From an uncultured archaeon (lineage in GTDB: Archaea; Thermoplasmatota; Thermoplasmata; Thermoplasmatales; Thermoplasmataceae): 64,000 nt of DNA. Position numbers and translations under genes: made by a program. This document shows, one piece after another, positions 1 through 9,854 of the stretch; the first letter of the stretch is position 1; each line of letters opens with the position of its first letter. The notes under the pieces were generated by a model, which was not told the DNA's origin, made no database searches, and saw only the letters and a program-made list of their open reading frames with translations. Where the stretch lies: positions 640,001-704,000 of the forward strand of contig CP009479.1 of assembly GCA_000965745.1 (NCBI GenBank). Reading direction: 5' to 3'.

Positions 1-1151
1 GCCTCGTTGAAATTAAAAAAATCAAGGGGCAGGTTGGATTCCTGCACAAGCCTGTTCAATGCAGGGAGCTTCCAGTTAAAGTCTATGAATGCCAGGATAG
101 ATGTATGGCTCAACACTGTTTTTGAGACGTAATTTTCCTTGGCGTATGGAGAAATCACAATCAAGGGTACCCTGAATCCGAGCTGATGCCCGGCAACAAC
201 CGGTGGCGGTACATGATCATAATAACCCCCACCCTCGTCGTAGTTGATGAATATGGCTGTTGAATTCCACTCAGGGCTGTGCATTATCTTGTTTACCGTG
301 TATAGAAGCCACAATTCCCCTGCAAGCATGTTGTATGAGGGATGCTGGCTGTATTTCTCAGCACCTGCATGTATGGGCATCAGCCATGATACTGACGGAA
401 GGGTGTTGTTTGCCAGCTGGCTGTAGAAAGTGCTCCAGTTCCGTAAGTTTGAAGAATAATCTCCTATGTTGTGGATGAGTGACATCGGGCTCATAATTCT
501 ATCAGTGCTGTTGAGGTAATATCCCCACGTTATGTTGTTTGAGGACAGCTGGTGAAATACAGTCTGGTTGTATGAAATGTAAGGAGGCGGACCATAATCG
601 TTTATTACAGGGGAGAATCCGGCAAGTCCGAAAAGCCTGTTGGGGACGGTCTCACTGAGAATGCTGCTGAAATACATATCTCCGAGTGCATACTGCTGAG
701 CCATCACCCACTCCACTGCCATCTGTGAGGCAGTGAAATATTTGAGGGAATTGGGGCCGGAGTTCTTTAGAAAACCATTCATTTTACCGTTGTTCCAGTC
801 AAGGTGATATGCACTGTAGCCTTCCTCAGGGTTTCCCGTGGAAAATGAGCCATTGGCCACAGGGGTAAGACTCTCGGTCATGTTTCCCGGAAGCAGGTTC
901 ACAGGCCTGGTTATTGAGGATATCAGGGACTGGTTGGATGCATTCTGGTCGAGAGGGTACTTACCGAAAATATTATCGAAACTGTGGTTTTCCATCGTTA
1001 TTATTATCACATGCTTTATAGGGGTCGATGTTCCACCTGATTCAGCTGCTGCAACTGGAATGGAGAGCGTCCATGAAAGAAGCACCAAAACCATGGAGAG
1101 AACAAGGATTCTTGTTCCCGCAGTTCCATGCCTGCGCGGCCCATTTGTCAT
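1..1151 (-). CDS. Secreted phosphoesterase (phospholipase C / acid phosphatase AcpA family), 3' end outside the window
   Basis: Not in the ORF track. Manual minus-strand translation from ATG at 1151 gives a signal peptide followed by IKHVIIITMENHSFDNIFGKYP, the ENHSFD family signature. ATGA overlap with the stop of the upstream gene. Confidence 0.85.
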   Translation of the reverse strand, partial: MTNGPRRHGTAGTRILVLSMVLVLLSWTLSIPVAAAESGGTSTPIKHVIIITMENHSFDNIFGKYPLDQNASNQSLISSITRPVNLLPGNMTESLTPVANGSFSTGNPEEGYSAYHLDWNNGKMNGFLKNSGPNSLKYFTASQMAVEWVMAQQYALGDMYFSSILSETVPNRLFGLAGFSPVINDYGPPPYISYNQTVFHQLSSNNITWGYYLNSTDRIMSPMSLIHNIGDYSSNLRNWSTFYSQLANNTLPSVSWLMPIHAGAEKYSQHPSYNMLAGELWLLYTVNKIMHSPEWNSTAIFINYDEGGGYYDHVPPPVVAGHQLGFRVPLIVISPYAKENYVSKTVLSHTSILAFIDFNWKLPALNRLVQESNLPLDFFNFNE

Positions 1152-1735
1152 TTCCCACCCATCCCTGAACCACCGGGTTTCTTAAGTATGGCATGCCTGA
1201 AAATGACTGTTGAAGCAAAAAATAAGAAAATTTCTGCAGAAAGTGCTATAAGTGGAAGATTGGAATAATTCATGTAAGTGTATATATAGAAGAGCACAAA
1301 GAAAACAGCGGGGGACCCGCTGCCCATAGAGATGAAGTGCATGACGGAAAGTATACTGCCTCTCAGCTCACCGGCAACTTTTGAGATCGAGTGAGCCACA
1401 AGAGCATTTGACGACATATTGAAAAACGCCAGTATCCCGAACTCTTCAATTGGCATTGCAGGAGACTCCTTGATTATCGCATACGCCAGAAGTGCTGCCG
1501 CGGCAGATATTGTGAAGAGTACCGGTCCTGCAGGCATATTAGACCTTGCAGAAACGAGTCCTGTGGCAGAAAAAACAAAACCCCCGGCAACCAGGGCGCC
1601 GAGAAGAACAATGATCTGCAGAGATGCGCCGATGGAGTATATGAGTCCAATTACGAGAAACAGTGAAAATGGGACAACACCATTCATCATGAATCCCACT
1701 GCAAGAAGAGGAATTATGATTCTGTTTCTGCCCAT
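1148..1735 (-). CDS. Hypothetical multi-pass membrane protein
   Basis: 195 aa, almost entirely hydrophobic; overlaps both neighbours, consistent with translational coupling. Confidence 0.7.
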   Translation of the reverse strand: MGRNRIIIPLLAVGFMMNGVVPFSLFLVIGLIYSIGASLQIIVLLGALVAGGFVFSATGLVSARSNMPAGPVLFTISAAAALLAYAIIKESPAMPIEEFGILAFFNMSSNALVAHSISKVAGELRGSILSVMHFISMGSGSPAVFFVLFYIYTYMNYSNLPLIALSAEIFLFFASTVIFRHAILKKPGGSGMGGK

Positions 1736-3084
1736 GTTACACCAACAGCTCCTGTGCTTCGAAAAGCATCCTTCACAACCTTCTCAACCGAACCCAGATT
1801 CAAAGGATCGTATATTGTGGTACCATCCCGCCTCCTTAGAATATCTTCCGGGAAAAGTGCGCACTCATTAATGATGTATTCCCGGAACGGATTCCCGCTT
1901 TCTGGCCTTCTGTAATCCATAACCGGAAGATTGCTCGTTCTTATGCGTATTCCGCAGAACTTCCCAACCTCCCTGGCAATCTTCCTGGAAGCATGCCTGA
2001 AATCTGTGAGTTTTACTCCTGCCACCGATATCATTCTTCCATGGGTAAATATTGAAAAATCCCGCGATATTCTGTCAGGGTTGTCTCCCCTTCCCAGTAG
2101 GGGCCTGATCCCGCTGTATTTGGCCAGCACATTATTTCTGGAAAGATTGGGAAACAGCCTTTTTACACTGTTAACGATATAATCAACATCATCATTTTCA
2201 ACAGACAGGTCAGAAGGGCCTCTGACCAGGCTTTCTGTCGTGCCTATAATTGCTACTGAATCCCTTGGAATAACAAACATCTGTCTCCTGTCAATGTGTG
2301 ACCTGAATGTTATTGCCCTTTCCGCGGGAACATCTTTCTTATCGAAAACAAGGTGGACCCCCTTGCTAAGTTTAAGCGGTATATTGATTTCCGGCTTGTA
2401 GAGACTGAGAACTTTGTTTATCCATGGACCGGTACAGTTTACCACAACGTCTGCAGTGATAGAAAATTCTCTCCCGCCTGTATTGTCTCTGAGGGTGACC
2501 TCAACACCATCTTTTCTGTCACTGAATGATACTGCTTCAGTGTAGTTCAGGCAATAAGCCCCCCTGTCATGTGCTGACACTATATTGTAAATGACAAGTC
2601 TCGAATCATCAGTAACACCATCATAATAATGAAAAAAGCCCTTTACCGATCTTTCATACTCGCCGTTGTTTCTTTTCATCCTGGGAATTTCAGGCTTCCC
2701 TCCCAGCAGAGAGTAGAGAAAGAGCCCCAGGCGCATATATGACGGGGACCAGGAATAATTGTCAATCAGAATGTCAAAATCCAGCCTCTTGACAATGTCT
2801 GTGTTCTCAATAAGGTAGTTCCTCTCTCTAAGAAGATCTCTGGTGAGTTTTACATGCCCTTGGGCAAGGTACCTTATGCCGCCATGGATTAGCTTCGATG
2901 AACCGGAACTTGTTCCGGAGGCAAAATCCCCCTTCTCGACAAGAACAGTCTCCACTTTGTTATGGGACAGCAGGTTTGCAAGACCCGCCCCGACTATGCC
3001 TCCACCGATTATGAGGCATGTCACGTGCCTGCCGTTGAGGTTTTTGATATCGTCCTTTCTGGTTCTGTAAGAGAATTCCACCAT
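1714..3084 (-). CDS. glpD: FAD-dependent glycerol-3-phosphate dehydrogenase/oxidase (GlpD/GlpA family)
   Basis: IIGGGIVGAG FAD motif; DFASGTSSGSSKLIHGGIRYL signature; KGVHL; GIRPL. Confidence 0.85.
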   Translation of the reverse strand: MVEFSYRTRKDDIKNLNGRHVTCLIIGGGIVGAGLANLLSHNKVETVLVEKGDFASGTSSGSSKLIHGGIRYLAQGHVKLTRDLLRERNYLIENTDIVKRLDFDILIDNYSWSPSYMRLGLFLYSLLGGKPEIPRMKRNNGEYERSVKGFFHYYDGVTDDSRLVIYNIVSAHDRGAYCLNYTEAVSFSDRKDGVEVTLRDNTGGREFSITADVVVNCTGPWINKVLSLYKPEINIPLKLSKGVHLVFDKKDVPAERAITFRSHIDRRQMFVIPRDSVAIIGTTESLVRGPSDLSVENDDVDYIVNSVKRLFPNLSRNNVLAKYSGIRPLLGRGDNPDRISRDFSIFTHGRMISVAGVKLTDFRHASRKIAREVGKFCGIRIRTSNLPVMDYRRPESGNPFREYIINECALFPEDILRRRDGTTIYDPLNLGSVEKVVKDAFRSTGAVGVTWAETES

Positions 3085-3182
3085 TTTTCAGCTTCAACAT
3101 GAAGTCTGACATTTACTTTTAACTTTATCCAACTGCACAGTTATTTAGTTGAATAAAACTGATGAAAAATCGGACAGGGGCC

Positions 3183-3542
3183 TTATTTCCTGCCCTCTTT
3201 TCCAACATACCTGACCTCGAAGGTAAGGCAGCCACTATCTGTAATCCATGGCCCATGGGGCATTCCAGGAGGCCTGCAGGCAAACATTCCCTTCGTGAAG
3301 GTCTTGTTCAATGTCAGGTCGTGAATGTACCCTTCAAGGATGTATACCTCTTCCCAGACATCGTGCCTCAGTATGCCGTTGGGGCTGGTATCAGTCCCGG
3401 GCTCAAACTTCAGGATCCTAGAGACAACGCCGCTCTCATGATCGCGTGCAAGTATTCTTTCGTAGAGCCCTTCTGCCCTTCCTTCACACTTCGTCCATTC
3501 TACTGTTGTACTGTCATAAAATTCGTACTCCGGTTTTGACAT
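3183..3542 (-). CDS. ChrR-like cupin domain protein
   Basis: HDVWEEVYILEG and RPPGMPHGPW cupin motifs; coupled to the hpaB-like gene. Confidence 0.8.
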   Translation of the reverse strand: MSKPEYEFYDSTTVEWTKCEGRAEGLYERILARDHESGVVSRILKFEPGTDTSPNGILRHDVWEEVYILEGYIHDLTLNKTFTKGMFACRPPGMPHGPWITDSGCLTFEVRYVGKEGRK

Positions 3543-5014
3543 CAGTTTTTCCCTCCTTTTTCACTCGCCCCGGTTGAGAAGTCATAGTTGTGCATGAAGC
3601 TGTCCACCATTTCTACTGGTTCGTCATACCCATAATTTCTGAACGAGTAGTTCTTTGCCACAAAAGGCGCTCCTGCGTAAAACATCTCATACTGATGGTG
3701 CCTTCCCGCGAATTCTGATCCTATCACATCCCATGCAAGCCTGAACAGTTTGATTCTTTCCTCAGATGTTGCGTTAGAGGACCTTATGTAAGTGGATATG
3801 TCATCCCTGGTCTCAGGGTTGATCATTTCATGGATGCTGGAAGGGAGCTGAAGGACTCCTGCCCCACACAACTCTCTCAGAATATGGAGGGCTCTTGGAT
3901 AGAGGTCGGCCTGCATTCCCATTGCACCGTACAGGAACCTCGGGTTGGGTGAAATCACTCCAGCGGGGCGCTCCATAGCTGTGGACTCTGACGCCTGCAC
4001 CATGCCTTCAACAATGGATGACAGTGATGCAAGCTCACCCAGTTTTTCGACGACTCCCGGTATCTTGTCTATGCCATTCATGGCTGTCACCTTTCTGGCA
4101 ATCCCTATCAGGAACTTCATTTTCACTGACAGCCGAATCTGGGCCTGATTGTTTCCGAGAACGTGGGCAGCAGTTTCGAAAAACTGGGCCTGAAGCAGTG
4201 AAATGTCCCGGTAAACAAACACATTCTCCCAAGGCACAAAGACATCGTCAAAAACAAGGAAGGCGTCAGACTCATCGAATCTCGTTGACATTGGATAGTC
4301 AAACGTTCCAGACTTATCGACCGCGTATGGTTTTCTGCAGTACAGCTTCAGCCCCTTTGCGTTTACTGGCAGAGCAAAGGAAAGGGCATAGTCTTCGTCT
4401 CCGGGCTTCAACGGTGGTATGCAGCTGACAAAAATATAGTCAGATACCGCTGATCCTGTTCCAAGCATCTGGGCTCCCCTGATCACAATGCCTTTGTCAT
4501 TCTCTGAAAGCACTCCTACCTGGGTAAACCTGTTTTCCTGATCCTGGGCTGTTTTGCTCCTGTCATTTTGCGGAGGTATGATCGCATAGGTGACGTAAAG
4601 GTCCTCAGATACAACCTTGTGGTAGAAATTTATGACATTATCTGCAAATTCAGGTTTTCCTCTTGCGAAAACTTCCGGTTTTCCTGCGAATCCAGCAAGA
4701 AAACCTCCCACATGGTCAGGGCTGCGCCCAACAAAACCTGCTGTGAGCTTGGCCCATTTGTAGATTGCCTCGTGCCTGTCTGCCTGGTCCTGCTTGGTTC
4801 TAGGGATAATGAAGACATTGTTGCCCTCTGAACCCCACTCGGTTTTGAAAATCATGCCATTATCAGGATCAGAGCTGAAATCATACATCCCGGACAGTGT
4901 CTCTATTATCCCTTTGAATGCAGGATGCTCTCTAACGTCTGATACTTCAATCCCGTTGATGTATACTTTTCGTCCATCATTCAGCGAATCAACATACTCT
5001 TTTCCAGTTCTCAT
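3542..5014 (-). CDS. Two-component FADH2-dependent monooxygenase, oxygenase subunit (4-hydroxyphenylacetate 3-hydroxylase HpaB family)
   Basis: MRTGKEYVDSLNDGRKVYING N-terminus; GRSPDH; FDYPMSTRFDESDA; GSEFAGRHHQYEMFYAG. Confidence 0.9.
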   Translation of the reverse strand: MRTGKEYVDSLNDGRKVYINGIEVSDVREHPAFKGIIETLSGMYDFSSDPDNGMIFKTEWGSEGNNVFIIPRTKQDQADRHEAIYKWAKLTAGFVGRSPDHVGGFLAGFAGKPEVFARGKPEFADNVINFYHKVVSEDLYVTYAIIPPQNDRSKTAQDQENRFTQVGVLSENDKGIVIRGAQMLGTGSAVSDYIFVSCIPPLKPGDEDYALSFALPVNAKGLKLYCRKPYAVDKSGTFDYPMSTRFDESDAFLVFDDVFVPWENVFVYRDISLLQAQFFETAAHVLGNNQAQIRLSVKMKFLIGIARKVTAMNGIDKIPGVVEKLGELASLSSIVEGMVQASESTAMERPAGVISPNPRFLYGAMGMQADLYPRALHILRELCGAGVLQLPSSIHEMINPETRDDISTYIRSSNATSEERIKLFRLAWDVIGSEFAGRHHQYEMFYAGAPFVAKNYSFRNYGYDEPVEMVDSFMHNYDFSTGASEKGGKN

Positions 5015-5020
5015 AAACCA

Positions 5021-5689
5021 TCAATCCCCGATTTTTACAGTGTAGCTGTGATGAAGAACGGCTCCGGTCGAAGGCACTCTCAGCTCTACCTCAAATTCAT
5101 CTCCATACACAAAATTGCCAGCAAGCAGCGGCAACGTGCCCAGAAACAGGACTGAATTCTCAAGGCTCACGTCAACTGTTGATTTCAGCTCTTTAAGGAG
5201 ATCCGGTATGTCCATGATCTGAGAAACACTCCCTTCCTGGTATTTCACCATTCCCGAGCCCGTTTTTACCCAGCTCCTTATCTCGATGCTATCCCACACG
5301 CTCTTCAGGCTGCCGTATTCCATCACGTCACAGGATATGGGTTTCTGGCAGGAAGACTTGCTCTCAGCTATGCTCTCCTTCTCTACATCTCTCGCTGTAT
5401 GGTCGCTTCCTACACCGATGAACAGCTCACCTTTCACATTTATGAGCACAGGCTCAACCTCACCTGAAGATTCCCTGCTGCTTACAGTGATTCTATCAAA
5501 GGTTGAAACAAGATCAGGATTGAGCACAAAGAATGCCGGGACCCTTTCCGGGACTGGGACCCCTATGTCGGCAAGCTCCTTTATGTGCCGTTCCGTGCTA
5601 GCCCTGTCTTTTCCGGTGAAACCGGCTATGATAAGTGATGACGGCTTGAAATCAAGTGTTCTGTCCCTTCCCATGACATTTAGTTTCAT
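5021..5689 (-). CDS. DUF2848 family protein (FAH-like fold)
   Basis: AGFTGKD..HIKELADIGVP, SSGEVE and GSDHTARDVE motifs. Confidence 0.75.
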   Translation of the reverse strand: MKLNVMGRDRTLDFKPSSLIIAGFTGKDRASTERHIKELADIGVPVPERVPAFFVLNPDLVSTFDRITVSSRESSGEVEPVLINVKGELFIGVGSDHTARDVEKESIAESKSSCQKPISCDVMEYGSLKSVWDSIEIRSWVKTGSGMVKYQEGSVSQIMDIPDLLKELKSTVDVSLENSVLFLGTLPLLAGNFVYGDEFEVELRVPSTGAVLHHSYTVKIGD

Positions 5690-6008
5690 TGAGGCTCAAT
5701 CAGCTGATTATATTTAAAATTCCTATGCACCCTTACTGTAGGGCTAATCTGCCTATTCCGGCAAGCTCTGGCAATGTTAATATATGTGCGTTGAAGTAAG
5801 AAAAATTGTGGGAGTGAAAGCTGGATACATGAAAGAAACAGTGATAATTTCATACCGGAATAATGTCAACTGCATCTCGTCGGGTTACTTTTTATTATAA
5901 TGGCAAAAGTTCCAAACCGCCAGGAAAATGCCTAAAAAACTATTTTTTTGAAGCCTTGCAGCATCTTCGATCTTAAAATTTTAATAGGTATATTATGACG
6001 GCAACTAT

Positions 6009-6016
6009 TTTATATA
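6009..6016 (+). promoter_or_regulatory. Archaeal TATA box of a probably leaderless MFS gene
   Basis: TTTATATA ending 20 bp upstream of ATG 6036; no RBS in between. Confidence 0.5.
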
Positions 6017-6035
6017 TCCTACCTGTTCGCGACGC

Positions 6036-7379
6036 ATGGGAAGTCAAGACGCAATCTCTAACGAGAAATTTACGTCGACTAACGGAGCCCAGGTATACGT
6101 GTCGTTTTTCTCTTACACGTTTGATATACTGAGCTTCATTAGTATAATCTTCGTCATCCCGTACATCCACAACCTGATCTATCCTTCGCCCAATCTGGGG
6201 GTATCATTGCTGGTGACATGGGGTGGCGTAGCAGCAGGGTCTTTGACTAGACCGCTAGGTGCGGCAATATTCGGACCCTCAGGAGACAACAGAGGAAGAA
6301 AGAGAATGCTGTATATCACGATCACAGGATCAGCGATATTCACCGCAGCTCTCGCTGGACTACCGACATACGCACAGGTTGGTATATTATCGCCTGTCAT
6401 ATTTGTCGCGCTGAGGCTTATAGCCGGATTCTTCATTGGCGGTCTGATAGCTGGAGGACTTGTGTTCTCGGCTGAGAACCTGCCAGAGCGTTTCAGGGGT
6501 CTAATGACCGGTTTCGCTGAGTCCGGTGGAAGCTGGGCACATGTTATCGGATCAGCATGGCTGCTGATGACCACAATTGCATTCACCGGCGCGGCATACG
6601 CTGCATTCGGATGGAGAGTAATGTTCCTTGTAGCCTTACTGCCCTTAGTAGTGGTTATTCCTGTTCTATACAAGATACCGGAATCAGAGATATTTGCCAT
6701 ATCCAAGAAGAAGGGTAAAGTAAAGGGCAAAGCACTGAGAAGACTCTTCACAACACCAAAGGTAAGGGGAGTATTTGCTCTCTCACTGATATCATCCATC
6801 GGTCTTCTCGGATTTGACAACCTTACTGAGAACACTTTCCCAACTTTCCTGAAACAGGTTAATAACCTGGTGCCGAGCCACCTTGCATTCATTGTGCTCG
6901 TAGGGGCGGCATTCGGTGTTATAGGATCTGTTCTTGGAGGTGCCCTCTCGCAGAAGATAGGCAGGAAGCCGCTTGCAATCGGTGGTGGAGTTGTCTTGAT
7001 GATTATCAGTGTCCTCTTCGTTTACCTTGGAAATATACCGGGAACATTGGTGGACAGGATAATTCTGACACTTATACCGTTCTACTTCTTTGCCTCAATA
7101 AGCAAAGCAGACCTGAGCCTGTATCTTAACGAGGCCTTCCCCACGGATCTTAGGGCCAGTGGACTTGGTCTAAACTGGAATATAGGATACGGTCTGGCAG
7201 GCATATGGCCTTTGATTATCAGTGGTTTCATAGCAGTCTACGGCATAACTGTATTCCCGCTTGCCCAGGCTGTTGCAGTAGGAATCCTTGCTGCTTTCTA
7301 CACAGTCTCTTCAATATTCATGAAAGAGACCAAGGGAAACATCAGCTCGGAAAGATCGCAACTGGAAGCAGAGGCCTGA
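6036..7379 (+). CDS. MFS transporter (metabolite:H+ symporter type)
   Basis: RPLGAAIFG..GDNRGRK motif A, AENLPERFRG, about 12 TM helices. Confidence 0.9.
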   Translation: MGSQDAISNEKFTSTNGAQVYVSFFSYTFDILSFISIIFVIPYIHNLIYPSPNLGVSLLVTWGGVAAGSLTRPLGAAIFGPSGDNRGRKRMLYITITGSAIFTAALAGLPTYAQVGILSPVIFVALRLIAGFFIGGLIAGGLVFSAENLPERFRGLMTGFAESGGSWAHVIGSAWLLMTTIAFTGAAYAAFGWRVMFLVALLPLVVVIPVLYKIPESEIFAISKKKGKVKGKALRRLFTTPKVRGVFALSLISSIGLLGFDNLTENTFPTFLKQVNNLVPSHLAFIVLVGAAFGVIGSVLGGALSQKIGRKPLAIGGGVVLMIISVLFVYLGNIPGTLVDRIILTLIPFYFFASISKADLSLYLNEAFPTDLRASGLGLNWNIGYGLAGIWPLIISGFIAVYGITVFPLAQAVAVGILAAFYTVSSIFMKETKGNISSERSQLEAEA

Positions 7380-7474
7380 TTCAGGCCGCAAAAATCTTTT
7401 TAACAAAAACCAACTTTTTATTTCTTTTGGAATTTATCAGGGAAGCTCAGACATTGTTGTGCAATAAAGAAAGG

Positions 7475-7969
7475 TTATTGGGTAAGGCCAACTGTGCTCT
7501 TGAACCCTCTTTTGTGGTAAACAAGCGCATGCTCATCGTTCAGCACCGTTGCTTTCTCCACTTCTCCGACAAAGAGGAAATGATCAGCGATCTCCTCCTC
7601 CTTGTAAAGAGAGCATTCTATAGAGCCAAGTGCATCGTCAAGAACTGGGACGCCATTGCCGTTCAGGTGATATTTGATGCCTGAAAACTTGTCATCGCTC
7701 TTGTCGTTTGCAAAAATTTTGGCCTCATCTTCCTGCCCTTCCCTCAGAATATTTACCACAAACTTCTTTGTCTGCCTGACGGCCTTCGCTGTCCTGCTCT
7801 CAGTCGTTATAAAAAGGCCTATAAGGGGTGGATTAAGAGAGACAGATGTGAATGAATTCATTGTCCCTCCACAGTATTCTCCATCCAACAGGGATGTTAC
7901 TACTGTCACTCCCGTGGGGTATCTTCTAAGAACCTCTTTAAGATCTTCTCCCGGTTTGTTGTCAGTCAT
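7475..7969 (-). CDS. Flavin reductase (HpaC-like), likely partner of the monooxygenase
   Basis: PTGVTVVT, TMNSFTSVSLNPP, DHFLFVGEV. Confidence 0.9.
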   Translation of the reverse strand: MTDNKPGEDLKEVLRRYPTGVTVVTSLLDGEYCGGTMNSFTSVSLNPPLIGLFITTESRTAKAVRQTKKFVVNILREGQEDEAKIFANDKSDDKFSGIKYHLNGNGVPVLDDALGSIECSLYKEEEIADHFLFVGEVEKATVLNDEHALVYHKRGFKSTVGLTQ

Positions 7970-8144
7970 TTCGATTTCTCCTTTTCAATGGAAGTCAGCC
8001 TGAGTAACTTTCCCACTTATTTAATATGAATGGTACTAACTGTCATGGCTACCCAGGCGAACACAATCGTTGCATTGAGGCTTCATTTTAAAGTGTTTTG
8101 TGAATCTGAAACCAACAAGCAGTCAATGAGGGTTACTGGGGGAC

Positions 8145-8861
8145 TCAGTAAACTGTGCCCTTTTTCTCCAGCCTGGTCACGAAGTATCCCCAGTCTATGC
8201 CGCTGACTTCTTCTCTTATGTCCTTGGTGTCAGTTCTTCTTACCCTGTCATGGTCATATTCAACGATAGAGCCAAGAGCCGAAGCCATATACTGCTTCTT
8301 TGCAGCCCTCTCGAGAGAGGCTGCGGTTATCACAACATCTTCTATGCTTTCACCAACAACGAAAGCTCCATGCCCCCGGTGAAGGACAGCTTTGCTTTTC
8401 CCGAGTGCTTGGGCCATCCTGTACCCCATTTCTTTAGTGTTCACGAACAGCGGGAGCCCATCAAATACAGGCAAGCCGTCTATGAACAGGAATGAATCCC
8501 TAGTTGACATCTGGAGTTTGCTGTCTGTTATTTCAAGAAGGTTTGCATAGAAGGAATGCATATGCAATGCTGCCTTCACATCCCTCCTCACTTGAAAAAC
8601 CTCACTGTAGAAATAGAACTCATGCATTGATTCCGGGTAACTCCCCTCGAGGACATTTCCATCATAATCTATTGTAACTATATCTGAGGCAGTGCAGTCT
8701 GCTATTGACCTCTGAAAATCATGGAGGTGGCCAGGAATCAGTATCTTTCCTTCTTCAAGCTTGTAAGCTACATGACCTCTTCCAAGCTCTGTCAGGTTCT
8801 CGTTGACAATTATTCTGTTGGCCATAGCCAGCTTCTGTCTCAATCCTTCTTCAACAGGCAT
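8145..8861 (-). CDS. Class II aldolase/adducin family metalloenzyme (possible decarboxylase)
   Basis: GRGHVA, RRDVKAALHMHS, HRGHGAFVVG. Confidence 0.8.
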   Translation of the reverse strand: MPVEEGLRQKLAMANRIIVNENLTELGRGHVAYKLEEGKILIPGHLHDFQRSIADCTASDIVTIDYDGNVLEGSYPESMHEFYFYSEVFQVRRDVKAALHMHSFYANLLEITDSKLQMSTRDSFLFIDGLPVFDGLPLFVNTKEMGYRMAQALGKSKAVLHRGHGAFVVGESIEDVVITAASLERAAKKQYMASALGSIVEYDHDRVRRTDTKDIREEVSGIDWGYFVTRLEKKGTVY

Positions 8862-8976
8862 AGATTCAAAGTAAGAATCTCTCTATTAAATACTTGTCCA
8901 ACGAAATCCCCGTTTATGTACAAATGCAGCTAAACGTTCTCTGTAAAAAATGGAAAAAAAAAATCGTTCAAACGCT

Positions 8977-9768
8977 TCAGAGCGCTTTCTTTATCTCTGG
9001 AAGAAGAATCTTTACCAGCTCTTCAGGGTCCTCGATCATTGGATAGTGTCCGAAACCTGGAAGGGCCATATATCTTGCATTCCTGATCTGGTTGGCAGTC
9101 TCTGAAGCCATCCTTTCCGTGACTACCGGGTCTTCTTCGCCTCTTATGAGAAGAACATCCGTGTCGATTTTCCCGAGTTCTGCAGTAATGTCAAAATTGT
9201 TCCAGGCAAGCAGATCAGTCACGTAAATATCCCTGTTGTTGGAGCTTCTTATCCAGAGGAGTTCCTCAATTGCCTGTTTGCTTGATCTTGTCCCGCAGAA
9301 GTCGAAAGCTCTCTCCACATCGCCAGGGACAGTCTTCAGTATGGTTTCCTCTTCAAACGTATGTGTTTTTCCGGCCCCTTCAATAACAGCGGCAAGCTTC
9401 ACCTTCTTTCCAAGCAGTCTTGCGAGCTGCAGCGAGATCACAGCCCCCACTGAGCAGCCAACAACTATGACCTGCTTGTAACCCTGGCTCTCTATGAATT
9501 TTGCAACAGTGTTTGTGTAGTAAGAAACATTTACACGTGTCTTTCTCCATCCTGCCCATGGCCAGGATTTGCCGTGTCCAGGGAGATCGACAATGATTGA
9601 TGTAAATTTCTCTGGCAGAAGATCTACGAAATGTTTCCAGATCCTCCCGTCTGTCCCGGCAGTATGTATAAAAATAACAGGCGTTCCTTTACCGGATGTT
9701 TCATAATAAAACCTCAGGCCGTTAATGTCGGCATAGTGCCCCTCGCTCATTGGTTTCGATCTTGCCAA
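8977..9768 (-). CDS. Alpha/beta hydrolase
   Basis: HTAG oxyanion loop, DLPGHGKS, GCSVG nucleophile, EDPV, GHYP. Confidence 0.88.
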   Translation of the reverse strand: MARSKPMSEGHYADINGLRFYYETSGKGTPVIFIHTAGTDGRIWKHFVDLLPEKFTSIIVDLPGHGKSWPWAGWRKTRVNVSYYTNTVAKFIESQGYKQVIVVGCSVGAVISLQLARLLGKKVKLAAVIEGAGKTHTFEEETILKTVPGDVERAFDFCGTRSSKQAIEELLWIRSSNNRDIYVTDLLAWNNFDITAELGKIDTDVLLIRGEEDPVVTERMASETANQIRNARYMALPGFGHYPMIEDPEELVKILLPEIKKAL

Positions 9769-9854
9769 GATATATAGAAGTTATCCAAGAAATGCTCCAT
9801 AATAGGCTATATTAACGTGTTTCTAATCAAATATTTTATATACACCGTGTTTTT

